From NCBI GenBank assembly GCA_964598545.1, contig CAZRCH010000003.1, positions 1,145 to 65,144 on the forward strand: DNA of 64,000 nucleotides, read 5' to 3'. The notes under the pieces are model-generated. The model did no database searches and had not been told where the DNA came from. It saw only the letters and a program-made list of their open reading frames with translations. The DNA comes from an uncultured Methanolinea sp. Lineage in GTDB: Archaea > Halobacteriota > Methanomicrobia > Methanomicrobiales > Methanospirillaceae. The position numbers were made by a program, and so were the translations under genes. Below, one piece after another: positions 38,269-45,500 of the stretch (positions are counted from its first letter, which is position 1; each line of letters starts with the position of its first letter).

Positions 38269-39393
38269 TCATTTCTGCGATTCCTTTGGCAGGTTGACGA
38301 TTCGCCCTCCGTGTTCCAGGAACCGTTTCAGGCAGCCGTCTGGGCTTGGGGCAAATACATTCCCGGTTCGGGTATAGCTGCTTGCCGGGCAGTTCCCCGT
38401 GCATGCCATCTGCCATGGACAATCGGCACATTCGGGAAACGTGGAGAGCGGGATTGTATAGCGGTTTCTTAAACGGTTCAATTCAGGATGATCCTGCCAA
38501 ATTCTAAGTAAACGGTCACGATTAATCCGACCCAGTTCGATGTGGGCGAGCATGTTGCAGGGTACAATCACTCCGTCCGGGCGGACAGCGAGCTTGCCCC
38601 ACATGCACCCGCACCCTGCCAGGTAGCCCCTTCCAGGGATTGCCCGCCCTTCGGCTCGTGCCTTCTCCATCTCCTGGAAAGTTCTGCCCAGTGCCAGGGG
38701 ACCGTCTGCAGCACTTATCCGCCCGTGATAGTGTTCTGCCAGGAGAAGGGATCTCATCATCGCATCGCAAAACTCGGCCGGCGTCAACCCGACTTCATCG
38801 GGATTCTCCCGGGCAACTCCAAGGTAACAGGTGCTGTTGGTGGAAATGGAGGGCATGCCAATCTCATCGAGAAGGAGGTGGACAGTATTTTCAAGATCAT
38901 CAAGGTTGTACCGGTGAATGGTAATCCTTGACGTGATGGGAACGTTCGCATCCTGGAGCGTTCGAACTCCCCTCATCGCTGCTGCAAAGGAACCTGGGCC
39001 TCTCAGGGAATCATGCGTCTCGGAGCAGGACCCATCAACCGAGATCTGCACGTAGTCACAGCGGCCGGTAGACGCAATAAATTCAGCGTGTTCGGGACGG
39101 ATGAGCCCCCCGTTTGAGAGGATCGAGAACCGCATGCGGTTTTCCACGACCGCTTCGATGATATCCAGTAAATCATCCCTGATGAATGGTTCCCCGCCTC
39201 CAATACAGACAGACATCACCGCGCAGTCACCGAGTTCCCTGCAAAACGCAGCCCATTCATCAGTGGGGAGTTCAGTTTTGGTATCAGTCGGACTGGTCCT
39301 CTGATAACAATATTTACATTTCAGATTGCATCGAGAGGTGATGTCCAGGTCCATGCTTTTTGGAGACTTCATCAGCTTTCTCGATTCAACCAT
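38269..39393 (-). CDS. radical SAM enzyme with a C-terminal SPASM domain (PqqE-like peptide maturase), copy 1
   Basis: CxxxCxxC = CNLKCKYC. GGGEPF. SPASM: GCGCMWGKLAVRPDGVIVPC and CADCPWQMACTGNC. Confidence 0.88.
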   Translation of the reverse strand: MVESRKLMKSPKSMDLDITSRCNLKCKYCYQRTSPTDTKTELPTDEWAAFCRELGDCAVMSVCIGGGEPFIRDDLLDIIEAVVENRMRFSILSNGGLIRPEHAEFIASTGRCDYVQISVDGSCSETHDSLRGPGSFAAAMRGVRTLQDANVPITSRITIHRYNLDDLENTVHLLLDEIGMPSISTNSTCYLGVARENPDEVGLTPAEFCDAMMRSLLLAEHYHGRISAADGPLALGRTFQEMEKARAEGRAIPGRGYLAGCGCMWGKLAVRPDGVIVPCNMLAHIELGRINRDRLLRIWQDHPELNRLRNRYTIPLSTFPECADCPWQMACTGNCPASSYTRTGNVFAPSPDGCLKRFLEHGGRIVNLPKESQK

Positions 39394-39660
39394 TATTCAC
39401 CGGTCCTATAACCTTCCCACCTGTTCCGTCCATGTCACCGTATTCTCTTCATGAAAGAGAACAATGCTTTTCCTCTTGATAATACGGCATCCGGGTTGTT
39501 GATTACCAAAAATGGAGGGCTATCATATTATAAAGGATCGTATAATTCCAAGGAATAACTCCATTCTTATTCCTGACACGGCATTCACACTGGACTGATA
39601 ACAGGGCTCTGCCGGGAGGGCATGCTCCAATCGTTCCCACTCCCCGCTCAAAAATGCCGA

Positions 39661-40518
39661 TTAAGACAGGTACTCCCAGAATGATCCATCAAGGGCAGCT
39701 CGAAGGATACCACAGGATAAATGTGATACCGCATCACAGCTGCGATGGAAGAGTCCCATATGCCAATCAGCATAGGTATCGTCATTATTTTCTTTTCGAA
39801 GGCAGATGCTGCTCACCTGGACTGCAGACTGATAGAGAAGGGATGCGGCCTGGCCTTTCCCAATGGGGACAGCCTGGTCTTGTTCCCCATGTTCAAGGAA
39901 CCAGATCCCTGTCACCGGAACGGCATACCCTACGTCCCATCTCCGGTCAGACAAATCCCGGATAAGAAAATCACTCCATGTGGGAAGAGGGTGAGCATAA
40001 TAGATTCCTCCGGCCGGTACAAGGAGCACGGCATCATCACACAAGGCATGCCATGGCGGAGGGACACGGCTTGCACATGTGGATTTCCCTGTTGCCCCGG
40101 GAGCTGCGATCATTATTGCCTCCCCATCCCGCTCGAGAAGTGCTGCATGGACGGGAATGCCACCAAACGGCCAGATCGCGAGGTAGAGGGTCTGGATGGC
40201 GAGCATCATCCTCACGATATCCTCTTTTGGGTCCCCGCGTTCGAAGGGAATAATCTCAGTGACGAGATCGGTTCCATCTGTTTTTGCATAGCTGTTCATC
40301 CAGCGCGATCGTGAAGTTACCCAGCATCCACGATGAAATAATGGTGCACCCGAATCCTGGAAACAAAACCTCCAGGAAGGACCAATTCTCCCCCTTTCTA
40401 CTTCACGAAGCATCAGGATGTGTGCAAAGTCCTGCAACCAGTCCTCAAGATCGGCGGAAGCTTCCAATGCCCATCGCTGACCGTTCCGAATGACGAGTTC
40501 GTAGGATTCTCTGGTCAT
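39661..40518 (-). CDS. P-loop HPr-kinase-related protein (SynChlorMet ScmC-like)
   Basis: The Walker A-like loop IAAPGATGKSTCA in the C-terminal half, followed by LCDD..., resembles HprK C-terminal-domain-related proteins found in RiPP clusters. Confidence 0.6.
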   Translation of the reverse strand: MTRESYELVIRNGQRWALEASADLEDWLQDFAHILMLREVERGRIGPSWRFCFQDSGAPLFHRGCWVTSRSRWMNSYAKTDGTDLVTEIIPFERGDPKEDIVRMMLAIQTLYLAIWPFGGIPVHAALLERDGEAIMIAAPGATGKSTCASRVPPPWHALCDDAVLLVPAGGIYYAHPLPTWSDFLIRDLSDRRWDVGYAVPVTGIWFLEHGEQDQAVPIGKGQAASLLYQSAVQVSSICLRKENNDDTYADWHMGLFHRSCDAVSHLSCGILRAALDGSFWEYLS

Positions 40519-40643
40519 GGGGATATCCTGTCTTTTCCCGATTCCTTGAAAATGACCGTTCTATCCTTTCTCATTGCTTTTATAATCATTCCTGTCATGG
40601 GATTCACGACGTGACTGCGAAATGAACTCGAATCCCTTTTCAT
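40515..40643 (-). CDS. possible 42-aa coupled ORF upstream of the HprK-like gene
   Basis: MKRDSSSFRSHVVNPMTGMIIKAMRKDRTVIFKESGKDRISP*. Its TGA overlaps the ATG of the downstream gene (ATGA). No Cys and no recognisable family. Confidence 0.25.
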   Translation of the reverse strand: MKRDSSSFRSHVVNPMTGMIIKAMRKDRTVIFKESGKDRISP

Positions 40644-40690
40644 ACTCGAGAGAGTAATAATTCCGCTATCGGGATCCTCTTCAATAGGGA

Positions 40691-41389
40691 TCAATTACTT
40701 CGTTCACCTCCTGGATAGGTTGGCTGATTCTCATCGATGACTGAGTGTTGCGTCCCTTTGAATGCGCTATTATCACATTCCGCCGGACAATCCGGGAGAT
40801 GCCCCCGATCAATGAACAGCCGGTAGGGTGGGAGAATTGTCCAATCCCGGTCCTTTTCTCCTTTCCACCCGACAAGTCTCCTTCCTAAGTACACCTGGAG
40901 ATCGTATCCTTCATGTGTCTTTACGAGGACCAACCGCTGCTGATACCGCTCCGGAACCATACGGCAAATGAATTTTATCTGTGATATTTTCCAGTAAGGC
41001 TTCGCAAAAAAATGTTCAAACCGTGTGAGTAGTTTTACCCGTTGTTGTGCATATTGGTGATGCCTCATGCCAGCTGATCCCATAGAAACAACCATAGGCC
41101 GATCCTCACGGATACCTCCGGTCACCACTCCCATGATTTCAGAGTGCATGACAGGATGCATGTCATTGAATAGCATGTTGTCACCCCGTGTGCAATACGA
41201 TCCATCAGGGTATTTGATGACGACACGATGAATGATGAGACAACCGGTATTTGCAGGATCACGAAAAATAATCACATCGCCAGGAACAGGTAAACGTTCA
41301 GATACAGGCACCCACTCCAGAATATCATCCTGGAGCAACGCAGGATTCATGCTGGATCCCACATATCTGATCTGCCGGTTACTCTTCAT
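40691..41389 (-). CDS. Sec11/archaeal-type S26 signal-peptidase-like protease lacking a membrane anchor, with a ~130-aa C-terminal extension
   Basis: Motif order GSSMNP ... GDVIIF ... IIHRVV ... TRGDN..FND mirrors archaeal/eukaryal SPase I (SGSMEP / GD / HRV / TKGDNN..D). No hydrophobic N-terminal helix (starts MKSNRQIRYVGSSM). Confidence 0.65.
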   Translation of the reverse strand: MKSNRQIRYVGSSMNPALLQDDILEWVPVSERLPVPGDVIIFRDPANTGCLIIHRVVIKYPDGSYCTRGDNMLFNDMHPVMHSEIMGVVTGGIREDRPMVVSMGSAGMRHHQYAQQRVKLLTRFEHFFAKPYWKISQIKFICRMVPERYQQRLVLVKTHEGYDLQVYLGRRLVGWKGEKDRDWTILPPYRLFIDRGHLPDCPAECDNSAFKGTQHSVIDENQPTYPGGERSN

Positions 41390-41458
41390 GGAAACCGAAA
41401 AATAGTCAGATTTCTCCCGGATAAACCTTTTTATCCCACAATCTCCAATAACGGATCT

Positions 41459-41752
41459 ATGGAATCAAGCAAAACCGCGTCGGGAAGGAGTGTCCTTCGA
41501 AAGAAGGATCAGATAGTACTCAGGGAGGAATTTGATGACTGGGCTCTCCTCTTTGATCCGGATACTGGCATGGTCTGCGGTGTCAATCCTGTCGGCGTGC
41601 AGGCCTGGATGATGATTGACGGGAAACGTACGGTTCAGGATATCAGCAGGATGATCCGGGATTCCTATCCCGATGCACCCGATTCAGTGATTGATGATAT
41701 TACAGATTTTATGAATGAAATAAATGAAAAAGGATATGTCACTTTCATTTGA
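41459..41752 (+). CDS. PqqD-family protein (RiPP recognition element)
   Basis: 97 aa. LFDPDTGMVCGVNPVGVQAWMMIDGKRTVQDISRMI...DDITDFMNEINEKGYV is the canonical PqqD layout. Confidence 0.85.
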   Translation: MESSKTASGRSVLRKKDQIVLREEFDDWALLFDPDTGMVCGVNPVGVQAWMMIDGKRTVQDISRMIRDSYPDAPDSVIDDITDFMNEINEKGYVTFI

Positions 41753-42006
41753 ATACTATTTTCTGCCTGGCACATACACCAAATTCCGGCGAATTTTCCG
41801 TATGTCATCTCCTTTAAGGAGGTGTTGATATTCCTGGGGCATGTATGTATCTGTTTGAAAAAGATAGGGCTATCCTTTTGCCAGGAAATCTGAAGTTTGA
41901 ATACAATGAATCATAAGAGTCACTGGGAGATCAAATCAGGAGACATCCGCTTCATCCAAGTCAGATCCACCTCTGGGACTTTGAGATTCCGGATGAATTT
42001 AGAATA

Positions 42007-42600
42007 ATGAGGGAATATCCAGATGGCCCTGGTGATGAGATGGAATTATATCCTTCCAGGGGTCTGGCCAGGATTTTTCCTAAAGTTGTCCTGCATCGTC
42101 TCAGGTCTTACATCCTTGCATCTTACCTCTCCTGCAATCCTGGGAAAGTACGGCTTTCATACGGACAATATGGACAACCCATTATTGACACTCCTTCCTG
42201 TCCATATACCTTTTCAACGTCTTATTCAGATAAAAATTGGATGCTGGTTATCAGTCACGAAAACCTTGTTGGAGCCGATATTGAGCAAATCAAGGAAAGA
42301 CCAGGACTCAATGCAATTGCACACCGCCTATTTCATGCAGAGGAATTGAGCCATATCAGATTGCTTCCTCGCATTGAACAGATACAGGCATTCTTTCACC
42401 TCTGGACACTCAAAGAAGCATACCTGAAAGGAACCGGGAAAGGGTGGTCGGGCTGGGAATCCCTCCCGGATATGACTCGATGCATCTCCGTGGATTCAAC
42501 AGGTTCTTCGTGGACATGCCCCCGTGTCGAAAAACATCATGCATTCCTGATGACCAGCTCAATGATGTCCAGGGCACTTGTATACGGCACCTCGCGGTAG
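42007..42600 (+). CDS. Sfp-type 4'-phosphopantetheinyl transferase (5' end problematic)
   Basis: LVGADIE (GxDxE) and WTLKEAYLKGTGKG (W..KEA..K). RLRSYILASYL..NPGKVRLSYGQYGQP aligns with HetI-like PPTases. The conserved N-terminal IHLW motif is encoded in frame upstream of ATG 42007 (41917-42006), where no ATG/GTG/TTG exists. Confidence 0.7.
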   Translation: MREYPDGPGDEMELYPSRGLARIFPKVVLHRLRSYILASYLSCNPGKVRLSYGQYGQPIIDTPSCPYTFSTSYSDKNWMLVISHENLVGADIEQIKERPGLNAIAHRLFHAEELSHIRLLPRIEQIQAFFHLWTLKEAYLKGTGKGWSGWESLPDMTRCISVDSTGSSWTCPRVEKHHAFLMTSSMMSRALVYGTSR

Positions 42601-42849
42601 GGATACTATCAAAACCTGGTAAAAGAGAAGTTTAGTCGACCCTCTCCTAAAAATCAGAGTTTAATTCGTTATCCTTGAGAAGATACTACTGTCACCAATA
42701 TCTGATGCTTTATACAAATAAACAGGGTTAACCCCTTTCCGAAATTACCATTCAACCAAGGCCTTTAATTGCTTCTTTGACTGAATGCCGCTCAAAATGC
42801 ACATTGAAGCTAATTAAGGGGGGGGAGATGGATCTGTCCCTGATTAGGG

Positions 42850-43554
42850 TCAGAGATCCCGGATCATCAGGGTTATTCCTCCGGGAATCCCGGCAAAGAA
42901 TGCCTGACCGCTGACAATGAAGTCATCATAGGTAACATATGCCGCACCAGAGAACCCGCATTGTTCACAAGCGCGTCGCGAACCCGGGCCGGTACAGTCC
43001 GCAATTACCCTGGAATACCCCCGGTGCAATGCCAGGGAGAGGATTCTGCTGACCAGGCGGATGGCAATTCCCCTGCCGCGTTCGGTCTCCCTCACCCCGA
43101 GCTGGAAGAGGTGGAGCACCGTCCCGGGTTCCGGATATGCCAGATCCGGGCAGCGTGATTCCACCTCTCCGAGGATCTCCATGCTCTCGGAAAAAAAGGA
43201 GAGAAGCGTGGAGATACCGGGAGAAACCGAACTCCAGTCGGTGGCAAGGTCGCTGCAGAGCGCGAACCCGACCACGTCTCCCGTATCGCATTCGGCCGCG
43301 ATGACGCTCATGCCCTGATCCGCACAGAAATGGAGGTATTCCCGTGCAAAGGGCGAAAACTTGGCAGGATCGATCCCATGGCGACGGGTCATCGGTTCGT
43401 CGTTGAGGAAGACATGGGCATAAAGTGCTGCAGTCTCATCTGCAGTCTCATGGGTGAGTGGTAAAAGGCGTTCTCTCTCTTCATGAACCAATCTTTCGGG
43501 CGGGACCCCGACAACCCGGCCCTTTCCCGAACCTTTCATGGCACAATCACGCAC
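42850..43554 (-). CDS. GNAT-family N-acetyltransferase
   Basis: Acetyl-CoA motif A RGRGIAIRLVSRIL. Overlaps the 3' end of the upstream AI-2E gene, so probably in an operon with it. An alternative start lies at 43539. Confidence 0.7.
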   Translation of the reverse strand: MRDCAMKGSGKGRVVGVPPERLVHEERERLLPLTHETADETAALYAHVFLNDEPMTRRHGIDPAKFSPFAREYLHFCADQGMSVIAAECDTGDVVGFALCSDLATDWSSVSPGISTLLSFFSESMEILGEVESRCPDLAYPEPGTVLHLFQLGVRETERGRGIAIRLVSRILSLALHRGYSRVIADCTGPGSRRACEQCGFSGAAYVTYDDFIVSGQAFFAGIPGGITLMIRDL

Positions 43555-44593
43555 TCCCAGTCTCCCCCCCGAATATCCGGTCCACTCCGAGCAGGATGTT
43601 CACCCATGCCAGGTCGTCGCTGAACTGGATTGCGATGAGCACCATCAGGGTGAGAGGGACTGCAAAGACCATCCCCGCAATCCCAAGAAGCCACCCCCAG
43701 AATATGACGGAGAGTATCACGAGCAGCGCAGGGATCTCGAACTTTCGTGCGGCAAAGTAGGAGAATACGGGGTTCTCCACGACGAGGTTCAGGATGCAGA
43801 CAATCGCGATGACTGCCGCGGCGCCCCAAAGGCCGAACTGCAGCCAGGCAAAGAAGATGGCCGGGATTGCCGCGATGATGAGGCCGATGAACGGGATATA
43901 CGCGAGGACGAAGGTCAGGACCCCCCATAACATGGCGGCGTGGACCCCCATGGCATAGAGAGATCCCCCAAAGAGCACTCCGTGGACCAGGTTCGTCTCA
44001 GTCCTGACCACCACGAAGTCTATCATGTAGCCACTCATGCGCGAGAGACGGGCCATTTTTTCCGGATCGATCCTGGGAAGGCGGGTGAGTCTCTCTGCCA
44101 GGCGGGGTGCCTCGAGAAGCATGAAAAACGTGGTGACCGCGATGAAGAAGAGGTAGAGGAGGAGGTCAGAGAGGTTCATCACGGAAGAGAGGATGAGGCC
44201 GACAAGGGAGCCAAGGTCGGGAGAAGAGGGGATGACACCCGTCGGGAGTCCGTGGCCGGCGAGCATCCCCGAGATATGCGCCAGCCGCTGGTTGAGTTCC
44301 GCCTGGTAGAGTGGGAGATCATGCATCAGGACCCCAAACGAGTAGAGAGCGATGCCGATGAGGGCGAGGACTGCCGCTATTGCAGCAAGAGTCAGGATGG
44401 TCACCGAGACGATATCGGGAATTCCCCTCTTTCTCATCCGGTCCATTGCAGGGCAGGCGATGAGGGTGAGGATGAGGGAGATGACGATGATCGTGACAAC
44501 GTACGCACAGAACTTGAGGCCGATGATCACGAGAAAGAAAAATCCTGCAAGTACAAGGGCCCGGGAACCGGATGGCCACTCTTCAGGGAGCAT
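43547..44593 (-). CDS. AI-2E family transporter (PerM-like permease)
   Basis: 348 aa and polytopic. The C-terminal IPFIGLIIAAIPA...FWGWLLGIAGMVFAVPLT pattern is typical of the AI-2E/UPF0118 family. Confidence 0.8.
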   Translation of the reverse strand: MLPEEWPSGSRALVLAGFFFLVIIGLKFCAYVVTIIVISLILTLIACPAMDRMRKRGIPDIVSVTILTLAAIAAVLALIGIALYSFGVLMHDLPLYQAELNQRLAHISGMLAGHGLPTGVIPSSPDLGSLVGLILSSVMNLSDLLLYLFFIAVTTFFMLLEAPRLAERLTRLPRIDPEKMARLSRMSGYMIDFVVVRTETNLVHGVLFGGSLYAMGVHAAMLWGVLTFVLAYIPFIGLIIAAIPAIFFAWLQFGLWGAAAVIAIVCILNLVVENPVFSYFAARKFEIPALLVILSVIFWGWLLGIAGMVFAVPLTLMVLIAIQFSDDLAWVNILLGVDRIFGGETGSA

Positions 44594-44759
44594 TCATGAG
44601 AAGATATCTCTTTCATCCCTTTCAAATGTTCCATCTAAAAGAAGCCGGGATATGGACATTCATCACAGGGTCGCAGGATGAGCCATGCCGGATGCTGAAG
44701 AGGCGGGCATCCCGGAAGAAAATGTAAGCGAACCCGTTTCGCCCACCTCTGTCTTCACC

Positions 44760-45263
44760 TTATAGTGACTTCTCCATCCAGACCGAATCAAAGAAAAGCC
44801 CCTGCTTCTTTCCTGCTCCGTGGAACCGTCCCACCTCAGAGAACCCATGTCTTTCGTGGAACCGGAGGCTCCCTTCGTTTCGGGAGGATATATGGGCGAG
44901 GATGAGAGAGATGCCCTGCTTCTTTCCATGCGCCTCAAGATGACGGAGCATTGCGGTCCCGATTCCCCTGCTGGTCATGTCGGATCTGACGAAATATGTG
45001 ACTTCGGCCGTATGAGCAAACGCAGGCAGAGGGTTATGGGGGCGAAGCATTCCAAACCCCGCCAGTACTCCATCCCTGTCACGGGCAGCAACCGCAGGGT
45101 ATCCACGGGCTGCCTGCATCATCCTGTCAAAGAATTCATCCGGGACCGGTTTCTCCGGAAAGGCCCCAAAACTGGTCCTGACGTAATAATTGAAGATATC
45201 GATAACTTCGGATCCATCGGATCCGGTAAGAGGCAGGAGGGTGATGTCAGACATTTTCCTCAT
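44760..45263 (-). CDS. GNAT N-acetyltransferase (phosphinothricin acetyltransferase-like)
   Basis: FNYY...SFGAFPEKPV, then RGIGTAMLRHLE motif A and ISSRNEGSLRFHERHGF, typical of PAT-like GNATs. Confidence 0.75.
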   Translation of the reverse strand: MRKMSDITLLPLTGSDGSEVIDIFNYYVRTSFGAFPEKPVPDEFFDRMMQAARGYPAVAARDRDGVLAGFGMLRPHNPLPAFAHTAEVTYFVRSDMTSRGIGTAMLRHLEAHGKKQGISLILAHISSRNEGSLRFHERHGFSEVGRFHGAGKKQGLFFDSVWMEKSL

Positions 45264-45500
45264 TCCTTATTGGAGTAAAGGTGGGGTATCCAACCCTGAT
45301 ATGCAATGTGGTCCTTTGGATGTATCTGCAAAAAAATACCCGTTCTTCTTTAACAGGCTTCCATGCTCCTTGAAAATGCCAAAAATATTTTTCACTCCCG
45401 GTGCCTTCCGTTCTGGAATTTCCAGAATACCTCATGGTAATCACGCAGTGATTCTCAATCAGGAATGAAGTATGCCAAATTTTCGCGCAATCCGTTGCGA

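Larger units (their letters stand above)
28918..42850. other. loosely packed, compositionally heterogeneous accessory island carrying the peptide/carrier-protein biosynthetic genes
   Basis: Long AT-rich spacers (about 385, 310, 625, 305, 265 and 250 nt) contrast with the 4-nt-overlap packing elsewhere. Spot counts on single 60-nt lines: 37% GC (29461), 38% (36001) and 33% (42181), against 67% in the AOR gene (50401). Some island genes (rSAMs, A-T-TE) are host-like at about 60%. Confidence 0.55.

Noticed and set aside
39386-39433. 15-aa minus-strand ORF (MDGTGGKVIGPVNNG) ending in an ATGG..TGA overlap with the first rSAM gene, considered as an alternative precursor
   Set aside because: Too short, no Cys, and no leader-like region. 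It could be chance in a 267-nt spacer. Kept only as a note.
39451-39558. 35-aa plus-strand ORF (MKENNAFPLDNTASGLLITKNGGLSYYKGSYNSKE) in the spacer between the HprK-like and rSAM genes
   Set aside because: It is on the opposite strand to both flanking genes, has no Cys or repeat pattern, and lies in AT-rich sequence where random ORFs are short but frequent.
28918-42850. Calling the island a mobile element (integrative element or transposon)
   Set aside because: By eye there is no integrase, transposase, recombinase, tRNA attachment site or terminal repeats. Only compositional and packing evidence supports foreign origin.
42850-43554. GNAT acetyltransferase as part of the biosynthetic island (possible peptide N-acylation enzyme)
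   Set aside because: It has host-like GC and overlaps the 3' end of the AI-2E transporter gene upstream (operon). A ~250-nt AT-rich spacer separates it from the PPTase. More likely core genome, though involvement cannot be excluded.
43940-44599. 219-aa plus-strand, highly charged ORF (and 43538..43930)
   Set aside because: It is antisense to the AI-2E permease, whose hydrophobic periodicity and family motifs are clear.
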